From: a virus
Direction: 5' to 3' (one strand)
DNA length: 64,000 nucleotides
IMG/VR virus record: IMGVR_UViG_3300032087_004763
Coordinates: 64,001 to 128,000 of that record
Shown: piece by piece, positions 39,707 to 49,573 of the stretch
How the letters are laid out: each line of letters starts with the position of its first letter
Position numbering within the stretch: position 1 is the stretch's first letter
Notes under the pieces: model-generated
Seen by the model: the letters and a program-made list of their open reading frames with translations, nothing else
The model's database searches: none
What the model was told of the DNA's origin: nothing
Program-made: the position numbers and the translations under genes

Positions 39707-41092
39707 CTAAATGGTAATGATAACCTTAATATCTTCAGTCTGCGACGATGATCGTGTGACAGCGGCCCTGTTTTCAATATAGAGAACCTCACCGCTGAAT
39801 TTATCTATAGTATAGTTTGGAGCTGCAGAATCCACTGTTCCTGTTCCACTACCACCAGTTTCTGTTGCTGTTTCTCCATCACTAAATGACTTAAATCCAG
39901 TCGCTTCAGTCTGATGATAGAATACACTACTATCAGTAATTCCATCAATGAATGCAGTAGCACCAGATGAACCACCGACAATCTTATTGTCTACTGTGAA
40001 TGTAGCAGCAGAGACACCATTAAGTTTAAGTGAGCGAAGTGCAATACCAGAAGTACTACCAAAAATCGGTGTAGGCTGACCAGATGCGCTGTCTCCAACT
40101 TCTAAATTTTTCATTAAAACAATTTGTCTAAAATCTTGATCGGTGATAAAATTACCACCCTCAGTTCCTGCAGGTTTTGCATTAAACATAATTGAGCTTG
40201 ATCTGAGATCATCACGAGGATCATATCCGATCCCCTTCTGTGTAGTGATAATAGGCCGATAATCAGCTCCTGATCCACCGCCTCCAGTGAAAACAATCTC
40301 AGCTAAATCATATCCTGTTCCACCAGCCTCTGCACTATCTAGCTCAACCTTTACTACTTCACCGGCACTTACCGTGGCAACTAGTCTTGCAGTTCTACCC
40401 GTTCCGTTAACAGTAACAGTTGGAGCTGAAGTATAACCACTTCCACCACTTACCTTAAGAGCTCCAGTGATCGCACCACTTACAGCGTTTTCGCGAACCT
40501 CAGCCTGGAATCGTTTTGCATCTGATAAAGAAGTATCAGATGATGAATCTACTAATGGAGAAAACTGAATAGGAACGAATCCAGACGACAAGAAATTATT
40601 AGCAGAAGTAGCATCGACAGTATAAAGGTATTTCCAAATATATCCATCAGACGTTTGGAATGGTTTTGTCTTTGCTACACCAGCGTCATTATAGCTTGGC
40701 TTAATAGTTGACGGTTGAGCTATTCCAGCCGCGTTCTTTGATTGTTGAATTACAATATAGACATCGTTGTCATCAGTCAGTACATAGTGAGCCGGTGAAG
40801 AATTGCCGGCCTGTGAATCTGAATATGCAGGATAAATTGTAGACGTTGACCAGTTGTGACGAGTTACGACAAATGAAGTTGCATTCACTATCTTAATAGA
40901 TTGAAGGTTCTCACGAGCAAGTCTTTCCTCACGGATCGTGCGTACTGGGTTAACCACTGTATCACTTGAATCATACGCATCAGATTTACCAATTCCAATA
41001 TAATACTGATCTGAATCAGTAGCATTCGTCACTTCATCAAAGAGAAGATTTACTACCTTTTTTCGAAAAGAATCAGTTACAATTGCTGTCAT
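39707..41092 (-). CDS. gp8: Baseplate wedge subunit
   Basis: YYIGIGK, DGYIWKYLY, FRQI, SGEVLYIENR..TRSSSQTEDIKVII. Confidence 0.88.
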   Translation of the reverse strand: MTAIVTDSFRKKVVNLLFDEVTNATDSDQYYIGIGKSDAYDSSDTVVNPVRTIREERLARENLQSIKIVNATSFVVTRHNWSTSTIYPAYSDSQAGNSSPAHYVLTDDNDVYIVIQQSKNAAGIAQPSTIKPSYNDAGVAKTKPFQTSDGYIWKYLYTVDATSANNFLSSGFVPIQFSPLVDSSSDTSLSDAKRFQAEVRENAVSGAITGALKVSGGSGYTSAPTVTVNGTGRTARLVATVSAGEVVKVELDSAEAGGTGYDLAEIVFTGGGGSGADYRPIITTQKGIGYDPRDDLRSSSIMFNAKPAGTEGGNFITDQDFRQIVLMKNLEVGDSASGQPTPIFGSTSGIALRSLKLNGVSAATFTVDNKIVGGSSGATAFIDGITDSSVFYHQTEATGFKSFSDGETATETGGSGTGTVDSAAPNYTIDKFSGEVLYIENRAAVTRSSSQTEDIKVIITI

Positions 41093-41104
41093 GTTTATTT
41101 CCTA

Positions 41105-42043
41105 TTAAGCTAGAGTTATTTCACCCTGATTTCCGATTAAGAACCAATTTGCTCCGTCCCATACGCACTGGCATCCGTCGTTTTGTGCAAGTGCGAATGA
41201 GGTTCCTTGTGCAAAATTTGAAGGAGTAACAGTCATAGCACCAGCGCCCTTATTTGTAAAGATCTTGTACTCACCAACCGTTGTTCCATCTCCTAAAGTT
41301 ACTGCTATTGCACTTCCTCTATTACCTATGATAAAGGTTGTATCATCAATATCTGTAGCTGCTACTGTAGCTGCTGTTACAGTCGTTGCTGTATAGGCAG
41401 CTTTTGAAAATTTTACGGATCCAGTTCCCTTTGCATCAACATTTAAATTAATATTAGTGTTTGTACCAGTTGCTGAAATAGATGGAGGATTACCGGTAGC
41501 AGCATTACTAATTGTTATCTCATTTACTGCAGATCCTGTTCTACTCAGAATCAACATCTCGTTTCCAGACGAGTCGTTAATCGACTGTTGAATAATTGGT
41601 CTATATGCAGTCGGATTCGTGAGCGTCTTATTTGTTAGTGTATCTGTCGTTGCTCTACCGACAAGCGTATCAGTTGATGTCGGTAAAGTAAGTGTTCCTG
41701 AGTTTGATATAGAAGAAATAACAGGCGTCGTAAGCGTCTTATTTGTTAACGTAACCGTGTTTGTATCAAGTACGATATTACCCGATGCATCAGGTAATCT
41801 AGCAACATTATCTGCAGTAGGATTAGTTACCCCAAGACGAGTTTCAAATGCATTTGCTGATGATCCTTCAAATGCAATAACGCTGTCCTCGATCGTTATC
41901 TGAGAACCAAGCGTTGTGCTATCACCGCCAAGATATGTGTATATCTCAGAGAAGTTGCTATTAATCTTGTCAGCGGCTTGACGAAGTGTATCACCGGTCT
42001 TATCGTTCGCAGCAGAACCCGTGCTAATATTTTGCTTTGCCAT
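41105..42043 (-). CDS. Baseplate wedge / fibre connector (gp9/gp10-type N-terminus)
   Basis: MAKQNISTGSAANDKTGDTLRQAADKINSNFSEIY; TLTNKTLT repeats. Confidence 0.8.
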   Translation of the reverse strand: MAKQNISTGSAANDKTGDTLRQAADKINSNFSEIYTYLGGDSTTLGSQITIEDSVIAFEGSSANAFETRLGVTNPTADNVARLPDASGNIVLDTNTVTLTNKTLTTPVISSISNSGTLTLPTSTDTLVGRATTDTLTNKTLTNPTAYRPIIQQSINDSSGNEMLILSRTGSAVNEITISNAATGNPPSISATGTNTNINLNVDAKGTGSVKFSKAAYTATTVTAATVAATDIDDTTFIIGNRGSAIAVTLGDGTTVGEYKIFTNKGAGAMTVTPSNFAQGTSFALAQNDGCQCVWDGANWFLIGNQGEITLA

Positions 42044-42069
42044 ATCTACCTACTAAAAATCTATAGTTT

Positions 42070-42077
42070 TATTTATA
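42070..42077 (-). promoter_or_regulatory. T4-type late promoter TATAAATA
   Basis: Exact consensus upstream of 41105..42043. Confidence 0.75.
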
Positions 42078-43046
42078 TCAGAAATTCGAGTCACTTAAAT
42101 ATCTAGTGAATATTGATGCATCCATTGTCTCGGTCGTAATCGTAGTATCTGGTCCAATTGAGTCAGCACTATCATCAAACGTAAACGAGTTCGGTGACAT
42201 AATTTGTAATACATTGTCATATGTATTATCAAGTTCTGTAGTGGTCAACGAACTATAGTTACTAATTGGGTCATTCAATATTATTCTACCCGAACTATCA
42301 CCAATAGAAAGCGTAGCGGTCAATGGTTCATCTAGTGCAAACATCGAGATTGATGCTTCTTGACCCTGAATCACGATTGCTTCGGCTTCAGCTAATGGAT
42401 TTTGTCCAATCGCTGTCGGAGTAATAGACGCTGGATTTTCGAGTAATACTTCTCCCTCAAAATAAAATCCAGCTGGATGTACAAACTTTTTATACAGAGT
42501 CTCATACTCTCTTGTAGATAGACCCGTCTTAACTAAAATAGAAAAGACCTGATAACGCGTATTATTTGTAATAAATTTTTGGCTTTCAAATCCTATATGA
42601 TGTGATAAGAAATTATTATCTGCATCATTAATAGTCAGTACATCTTTCTTAGGATACTCAATTGCTGCTTCTTGGTTGAAGAAACCTCTGAAGAATCCTT
42701 CGGCTGATACTAATGTTCCCTTTGATTGATAGAACAATGCTAACAATCTTGTCATCAATCTTGGTTGTTTAAAGAATGATACGTTAGTAAGACCGTCACC
42801 GATCTCACCAAGTAGAAGGTCTAGATTAGAAAGATCAGTTTGACTTACATCCTTAAGAGAAAATATATCATGTATTATTCTATCGTATGCTTTATCGTCT
42901 GTACCACTTACAAAATCATAATATTTTTCTAAAAAAGTTATTAGATTAGGATAATCTTCTTGCGCATACTCTGGTAAGACGTCTTTTATCTTTGATTGAA
43001 AAAACGGTAGATCTCTTCTATTTTGATCTTCTATAATGTGTGTCAT
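42078..43046 (-). CDS. Baseplate wedge protein (short gp7-like)
   Basis: FLEKYY, FYQSKGT, YQVFS, FVHPAGF; directly after gp6. Confidence 0.75.
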   Translation of the reverse strand: MTHIIEDQNRRDLPFFQSKIKDVLPEYAQEDYPNLITFLEKYYDFVSGTDDKAYDRIIHDIFSLKDVSQTDLSNLDLLLGEIGDGLTNVSFFKQPRLMTRLLALFYQSKGTLVSAEGFFRGFFNQEAAIEYPKKDVLTINDADNNFLSHHIGFESQKFITNNTRYQVFSILVKTGLSTREYETLYKKFVHPAGFYFEGEVLLENPASITPTAIGQNPLAEAEAIVIQGQEASISMFALDEPLTATLSIGDSSGRIILNDPISNYSSLTTTELDNTYDNVLQIMSPNSFTFDDSADSIGPDTTITTETMDASIFTRYLSDSNF

Positions 43047-44878
43047 GTGATGACAGCCGCTGTGTTCTGATAATCGATAGTAGCATTTGCAAATGATTTG
43101 TCAGTATCAATTGTAATGATATAATTTCTTAATGGCCGAATCGTTGCTTGATTTGCCGGTGTAGCAGTTATGTGAATACTAGAGCCAGCAAACGCACTCG
43201 GATTAAATCCAGTAATATCAACTTTACCTTTTGCAGGATTATAACTTCCTGCATTATCTTTGATAACAACCTCATCAGAATTGATGATCTCAAGTGTATT
43301 AGATTCAAGTTTGTTTCTTAATGTACAAGTCTGACCGTTAAGTGTAAAGGAAGTAGAAGTGACTCTATACTCGACATCATCATTCGCAGCGATAGCAACA
43401 GGATAACTCAAGGAATAATCAGCTAGAAGATTCAGGGTAGGAGAGAATCTTAACTGCATCTTAACATCCATTTTTGAGTCAAGAATCGCTGTGCTTATTC
43501 CATCCACTTCAGCGAGCAATGCTGACCTTCTAAAGACCTTATCGAATGTATTAAGATTTGAGGTAATATAATTATTAATTACCGTTTGTACATTCGATTC
43601 CGTAGTTTCTACAGTTGTACCTGATAAATCAGGATCAAAATTAAATGTAGTGACTAACTCTAGAAAGACATCGGTCGGATCGCTAAAGACGGTGTCAATT
43701 GACATGATTGCAATATTGTCACCAAGTTGTGTTTGAATTTGGCTTTTTGTCGCAGTCTTAGTTGCTTCGGTGATACCATCCTTAAATTTAAGACTCACAT
43801 AAACTCTTCCATAAACTGGAGGAACGTTATCGTTTCCACCCCAAGCAGAGACATCAGATATCACAGATGAATATTTTGATTTGATTAAAGCTTTGTAATC
43901 CTCGGCTGTTACAAGTCGTTGTTGTGTCGCAAACGCAAGAGGTGCATTTCCTTTAATAGAAGCTATTGATTCCTTCTCATCACCGCCTGCAGAGTTACTC
44001 ACAGTAGTGACAGATAAATCATAATCAACTGATGGACTTCCAAAAGATATCTGTGCATTTGGAGAAAAAACTGATGCTCCATTTGCATCTGCACCTGAAC
44101 TTGTAAGATACGTTATCTCAATTTTATTTCCTGATGAAGGAGATTTACCGAGTACATTACCGTCACTGAAAATAACATCATAGAATCCATTAGGTGCTTC
44201 TCTTACAATGTAAACAGTCGAATTTGAATTAATCCTTGCTGTGTCATTAATATTGACATAAGTAGTTGATTCGGCTGATGTAGTTGTATCAAACACCTTG
44301 ACTGTCATTGTTGTAGTGTCGATTGTTTTATCTGGGATAATATAAACTTGTTAACCAGTTTTGTCACCAACTAAAAATGTTTTTGTTTTAAGTGTCCCTT
44401 CCTTAATAGAGAGAGTAGAACTTCCAGCAGAAGTTTTAAACTGAAAATTACCAGATCCGTCATTAGTAGCAATATGATCTTCTAATGTTTGAAATGTATA
44501 AGAGACTTCATCGAGCGTAGCAGTAAACTTTGTGTTCTTCGGAAGTGTAACAGTTGACGTCAGTGTATCGCTTGATGCTACTGATATCGACACGTTAGCA
44601 GCCGAAGCAGTCTTCGATCTTGGATAGTATCCTAGGTTTTCTGCATGGGTAACAACAGAACTTCTTAACTGCGCAGAAGAAAGAAACGCTTCATTGAGTC
44701 CCATGTTTGCAATGAGACCATTAACATGTGTATTATATGCTAGTACATCTAAAATATTAGAAAGGCCTGACCCTTCAAAATCATAGTCAGAAAATTCTGA
44801 CTGAGATTGAAAATAAGATTTTAGGCTTGATTTAATCTGATCAAAATCTAAATCAGACGACTTGATAGCGGTGCTCAT
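43043..44878 (-). CDS. gp6: Baseplate wedge subunit gp6, interrupted by one in-frame TAA at 44351-44353
   Basis: N-part LDFDQIK..DYDFEGS..LAYNTH; C-part QRLVTAEDY, YGRVYVS. Both track ORFs are in the same frame: KTG*QVYIIPDKTIDTTTMTV. Confidence 0.88.
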
Positions 44879-45319
44879 TTATCTCAACCTCACTAGATCT
44901 ACTTCTAATACTACGTTTTCTAGAGTCGTAATGACGGTAAACTCAACGTTGACAGTCATCGAATTAAAATCTGGATTAAGCGATACGTTAACTGCTTTTA
45001 CTCTTGCCCTTGGCTCATAGTTCTCAATCGCTTGTGCGACTTGTTCTTGTATGTCTAATTCAGAAAACTCTTCTGACAGCTCAAATAAAAACTCATTTAA
45101 TCCACCGCCAAAGTACGGATCAAAAGGTTTCTCTGTTGGGTTTGTCATCAGAATATTCTTGACAGATTGCTTTACGGCTGCAGCATCTGTTTTTTTAAAG
45201 ATATCACCAGATGACTTCTTTGCAAAAGTCAAATCAATATCTTTGTATAGTCTTGTAACCGAAGATGTTAACGGTACCTTTGCTAGATTACCGTCTTCGA
45301 TTGAAAATGCTTTTGCCAT
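44879..45319 (-). CDS. gp25: Baseplate wedge subunit
   Basis: YKDIDLTF, AVKQSVKNILMT..EKPF.P.FG, IENYEPR. Confidence 0.92.
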   Translation of the reverse strand: MAKAFSIEDGNLAKVPLTSSVTRLYKDIDLTFAKKSSGDIFKKTDAAAVKQSVKNILMTNPTEKPFDPYFGGGLNEFLFELSEEFSELDIQEQVAQAIENYEPRARVKAVNVSLNPDFNSMTVNVEFTVITTLENVVLEVDLVRLR

Positions 45320-45338
45320 AGTAGAAACTCTTTTCTTT

Positions 45339-45346
45339 TATTTATA
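45339..45346 (-). promoter_or_regulatory. T4-type late promoter TATAAATA
   Basis: Exact consensus upstream of gp25. Confidence 0.75.
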
Positions 45347-45352
45347 ACTCTT

Positions 45353-46015
45353 TTAAGCAATTGCGGTTAAAGTCAATACCGGTTTCGATAAATCTAAAGA
45401 CGCTTGTCCATCCGATCTTGCAAGAGGGCGATATGGTGCATGCCATTCTCCATAGTGACTAGTATTATACCGTCTGGTTTTTATTGCAAGTGTTTTACTT
45501 GTGGTCCAAGACGTAAAATATGCCTTATCCAAATCTTCAGTATCTGCATTACAATTAATAACAAATTCCATATCAATCCTATCAGCCTGAATGGCTTCAA
45601 GATGAAATTCATACGATCTGACTGAAACATTGTCAATGACAAAATCCATATAGTTAATTGGATCCCCAGCTATAATTGCATATGCTGCAGTTAATTTATA
45701 AATTACTTTTGTGGCAGCTGGTGGTGGAATGTAAGTAATCGAGCTTCCTGGCATTGTCTCAAACGTATTACTATTATTTCCATCAATCCACTGAGCAGTA
45801 ACCTCAGGCCATGTAAATGTTCCAGACGCTCCAGTCAATTGTGATCCATCACATATGCTTGACAACTGTTCAATAATTGTTCCTTTAGGATAGCTGTTAA
45901 TTACTAGTTGCGAATATGAAATTGTTCCAGTAGTACTAATATTCCCAGCCGTGACCGTTCCAGGAGTAGTAATATTACCACTTATATTTAAATTTTCTAC
46001 TGATAAATTACTCAT
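45353..46015 (-). CDS. Hypothetical virion-associated protein
   Basis: GTIIEQL...GSSITYIPP..TKVIY...LTLTAIA beta-sandwich-like pattern; between gp5 and gp25. Confidence 0.6.
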   Translation of the reverse strand: MSNLSVENLNISGNITTPGTVTAGNISTTGTISYSQLVINSYPKGTIIEQLSSICDGSQLTGASGTFTWPEVTAQWIDGNNSNTFETMPGSSITYIPPPAATKVIYKLTAAYAIIAGDPINYMDFVIDNVSVRSYEFHLEAIQADRIDMEFVINCNADTEDLDKAYFTSWTTSKTLAIKTRRYNTSHYGEWHAPYRPLARSDGQASLDLSKPVLTLTAIA

Positions 46016-46023
46016 TTTATCTC

Positions 46024-46824
46024 CTATGATTTTTGATATATTTCAGATAATTTAATAATACTTACGCCCTGTTCATCACCTTGTGCTGGAGGACCTGATC
46101 CAACATCATTTAAGACAAAACTCATGGATGAGGTGGGTGCATTACTTGATCCAAATGCAATACCGTATCTTAGCTCGTTAGTAGTTGCTGGTTTGTCAAA
46201 GTATATAAAACTATGCTGCTGCGAAGTGTTACCAATATGCGCATATACTCCCCAATAGTTTGGATGATGTTTATTATTATAACCTTCATATCCTGCTGTA
46301 GTAATTAGCTCGCCGTCTTTTACTATTCTAAATCCACTATCAGCGCTTGTAGAGATACCATTAATTGATACCTCCATCATAATTAAACTAGTTGTGTACT
46401 TAGGTTTAATTTTAGTTTCTAATGGAGTTATTATTGCACCAGGAAATGGATGATTTGAAGCTACGTAGTATTGTGAGGCAGCATCTTCTCGAGTAAAAAC
46501 AGTTTGTATTATCTCACCATGTCTATTATCTTCTGAAAAATTTTGAAAGATATTTGGATCCATTATAAACAGATCAGCAGAATCATCAAGTGTTACCGTA
46601 ATACCAGATGGAATCGTCAATGTGTCTGCAGTAAAAAGCGCACTCTGACCAGCAGACAAACTAAGATTTTTAGTAACCTGATTTGACCCTAAACGAACGG
46701 GTGGATCAGTAAATTCTACAATTTTATTTGCATCGGTCGATGCCGTTCGTGGTAAAAAATAAATCACCTCGCCACTCGAATCAACGAAAGCAAGCTTATT
46801 ATCTTTTACAATCATATCAGTCAT
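46024..46824 (-). CDS. Hypothetical virion-associated protein
   Basis: LTIPSGITVT, GEIIQTV...IKPKYTTSLI...DKPATT...IKLSEI pattern of fibre-associated domains. Confidence 0.6.
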   Translation of the reverse strand: MTDMIVKDNKLAFVDSSGEVIYFLPRTASTDANKIVEFTDPPVRLGSNQVTKNLSLSAGQSALFTADTLTIPSGITVTLDDSADLFIMDPNIFQNFSEDNRHGEIIQTVFTREDAASQYYVASNHPFPGAIITPLETKIKPKYTTSLIMMEVSINGISTSADSGFRIVKDGELITTAGYEGYNNKHHPNYWGVYAHIGNTSQQHSFIYFDKPATTNELRYGIAFGSSNAPTSSMSFVLNDVGSGPPAQGDEQGVSIIKLSEIYQKS

Positions 46825-46827
46825 AAT

Positions 46828-47544
46828 TTATCCCTTGGGTTTCGATGTTGTTCCAGCAGCAAGACCCGCGTTATCGACGTGAGTATGCTGAGTTTGTGTA
46901 ATTCCGTTCACGGTAATCTCACCTGAACCAAATGTCTGATTTGTTGAGGATGCCTGTACATTTACCGCTGATCCGCCATCAATGTACACACCATTCCCTT
47001 TAATCACAATCTGACCATCTGGATGAAATTCAATAAACGATCCTGACTTATGCCTAATGTGAATGCGTTCTGCATCTGGTGTATCATCAATCTCAATCAC
47101 GTGACCAGATGTTGTTTGCGTTACTTTGTTGTTCGGGTACACGGCTGCGTACGGATCACCCGGGGCACCCGACACGCTCACGGATTTTGTTAGTGTATTC
47201 TCACCACGAGTAAGTTTATTTGTTGATGGGGCATCTCTTCCATCACCTTCATACTTTGGCAATGATCCAAAGATAAGTGGTAATTGAGAATCACCACCAT
47301 CAAGAAAAATACCAAACACAAGTGCATTAACTTGAATGCCTAACGGATTTCCTAACCCATTTGTTCCACCTTCAGTAATCGGTGTGACGACCTGGGCCCA
47401 TGGTAAGTCATCATCTTTAATTAGATCCGTATCATCGTGAATTCCGTATATTCTAACCTTGATTCGAGCAAGTTGCTTTGGATCGTTAATATCAACAACC
47501 TCTCCCATAAACCATCGTGTCTGATCGCCATAAAAATCTATCAT
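46828..47544 (-). CDS. gp5: Baseplate hub / central spike, short form without lysozyme domain
   Basis: WFMGEVVDINDP..RIKVRI.G.H, LPWA, GIFLDG, YPNNKV.QTTSGHVIEIDDTP..ERI; ends HTH. Confidence 0.88.
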   Translation of the reverse strand: MIDFYGDQTRWFMGEVVDINDPKQLARIKVRIYGIHDDTDLIKDDDLPWAQVVTPITEGGTNGLGNPLGIQVNALVFGIFLDGGDSQLPLIFGSLPKYEGDGRDAPSTNKLTRGENTLTKSVSVSGAPGDPYAAVYPNNKVTQTTSGHVIEIDDTPDAERIHIRHKSGSFIEFHPDGQIVIKGNGVYIDGGSAVNVQASSTNQTFGSGEITVNGITQTQHTHVDNAGLAAGTTSKPKG

Positions 47545-48848
47545 AAACGTTGATTTCCTAGTTTAAGACATGATAGTCTTACATTACATCCTTCGCTCTT
47601 AAACACATATTGGGTAGCAAAGATTAGGTAGTCGCCTGATTTTTTAGGATCGATCTGCGATTCTTCTTTCCTTTCTGGTGATGATACAGGAAACTCGAGT
47701 CTAATATTGTTACCAGTCGCTGAGGCAACATCACCATCAATAAAATCAATACCATGAACATCCACCTGTATAGGAGCCTTCTTGAGTAGACCAAACACTG
47801 CATCTGATATCACATTTAACTTGTACTCAGCCTTACTATTACTTTCTAGATACGAGTTTCGATTGTCAAAAGCAGAGGATCCACCGACACGCGTAATCAT
47901 TCTTGAAGAATATTTATTGAACGATTGCTCATTGTGTTTATAGTCCGACGAGTACATTGGATTTGGCTGAGTGTCTTTAAATAAATCTGAGTTGATTGCT
48001 GGTTTAATGAAGTCTTTTTCTATGTCAAAGTGAAACTTATTCTTTTGATTTTTTAGCGTATCAATGTATTGGTAATCTGCTCCAATGAATCCTCTTCTGA
48101 TAAGCATCAATAGCTCATCAGTATTTTTTTGATCATAACCACGGATTGTTCTTCTTTGTACATCATGAGACTTTCCTCTCGAAGCACCAGAGAAATAACG
48201 ATATGGAACATCAGCATTCATTACTGGTTGCTCTAAGAGTGAACCGAGATCTGCAAAGATAAGCTTGTTACCTACAAGCGTCGAGTACAGGTAAAATGGA
48301 TATCCGTTATTAGTAGTTGCCCTTTGAGTAATCCATGACATTGCGCCTAATGGAGAAAGATTAGGAACAATCACTTTCATCGATTGCTTATCTGTTTCTG
48401 TACTGTATACTTCTTTACCTAGATAGTTTTTAGCAAGTTTTTTTACAATCTGAGTACACGTATTTGAGTACGGTCTGTTCACGTTATATAAGCTTGAGAT
48501 ATATCCAATGTCTTCAATTAGATGAAGAACGACAAATCGATTATTGTCATTTACGTTTTGATCGATTTTGATACTGTCAATATAGAAAGTTTTTGTAATA
48601 GTGACTGCATTCTTTCTTATGCTTTTTATATTGACAGTAATTTTCTCAGCTCCAAGTACATCTGCACCTGAGATAAATTTTCTAGAATCCTCAAGGGCTA
48701 ACACCGCAGTAAGGTATGGTTTACCCATATGCTCGTATATGTCAAGGTCGGTTACAGAAGGTGCTAAATCAACTGTACCGGTAATTCTATCTGACTCAAA
48801 GAGAATGCTTTCAAAAGCAAAATCTTTTGCTGCTTCTGTTGCTATCAA
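47541..48848 (-). CDS. Baseplate hub protein (gp27-like position)
   Basis: DIYE..KPYLTA, PFYLY, SGDYLI; located between gp53 and gp5. Confidence 0.65.
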   Translation of the reverse strand: MIATEAAKDFAFESILFESDRITGTVDLAPSVTDLDIYEHMGKPYLTAVLALEDSRKFISGADVLGAEKITVNIKSIRKNAVTITKTFYIDSIKIDQNVNDNNRFVVLHLIEDIGYISSLYNVNRPYSNTCTQIVKKLAKNYLGKEVYSTETDKQSMKVIVPNLSPLGAMSWITQRATTNNGYPFYLYSTLVGNKLIFADLGSLLEQPVMNADVPYRYFSGASRGKSHDVQRRTIRGYDQKNTDELLMLIRRGFIGADYQYIDTLKNQKNKFHFDIEKDFIKPAINSDLFKDTQPNPMYSSDYKHNEQSFNKYSSRMITRVGGSSAFDNRNSYLESNSKAEYKLNVISDAVFGLLKKAPIQVDVHGIDFIDGDVASATGNNIRLEFPVSSPERKEESQIDPKKSGDYLIFATQYVFKSEGCNVRLSCLKLGNQRL

Positions 48849-49573
48849 CTTGCTATTGCCCCACGGAATGCATTAATGACTTGATTGATAGAGTCTGGTT
48901 TAATGATTCGAATATCCTTCAATTCATCATTCAGGGATATGTATCTGTCTTGATTAGTGATCTCATTAACAAGTACACCAGGTCCGACTGTAGGATCAAT
49001 ATCAACATATTCCTTATTAGAGTTTTCATAATGATGTGCAGCAAGATACTCTAATGAAGATGATGTAAGAGTGATTTGTTCTAGTACTCCATCGCTGTTT
49101 GTAGATGAAATAAGTTCACCTGCAGAGAAATTACCTACGATACTCGATAGTATTACCTGGCCTAAATCCACATTTTTATGTAAGATGGTTCCTGTTGCAC
49201 CGGATACGACACCTTCTACAGTCTGACCTACTTTAAACTTTCCAGCGAGAGGCGTTCTCGTTACAAGCGTCGTATTTGGATAATCAGCTATCGCCTTTGC
49301 TGTAATTTCTCTGTTTGTCAGTGGCCATCCTCTCTCACGGATATGATTGTTTAATGCAAAAAAAGTCCAGTGATAATCAGTTGTACCATAGAGTTTAAAT
49401 GAAGTTTGATCAGGTCTTTCAAATTCTGATATCGTATAGTCAAAGTAAAACGCCACATTCTCTTTAACCTCATCTAGAACGCTAGCATATCGAGATATAT
49501 TTACGAATACATCAGATAAAGTTTCGTTACCAAATTTATAATTAACCTTTGGAAAATATTGAAAGTACGGCAT
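48845..49573 (-). CDS. gp53: Baseplate wedge component
   Basis: YFQYFPKVNY, ERPDQTSFKLYG...HWTF...WPL, LNDELKDIRIIKP. Confidence 0.88.
   Translation of the reverse strand: MPYFQYFPKVNYKFGNETLSDVFVNISRYASVLDEVKENVAFYFDYTISEFERPDQTSFKLYGTTDYHWTFFALNNHIRERGWPLTNREITAKAIADYPNTTLVTRTPLAGKFKVGQTVEGVVSGATGTILHKNVDLGQVILSSIVGNFSAGELISSTNSDGVLEQITLTSSSLEYLAAHHYENSNKEYVDIDPTVGPGVLVNEITNQDRYISLNDELKDIRIIKPDSINQVINAFRGAIAS

Noticed and set aside
44351-44353. Alternative genetic code (stop reassignment)
   Set aside because: TAA, TAG and TGA all terminate conserved genes at expected positions; only one internal stop is seen and the only tRNA is Arg(UCU), not a suppressor.
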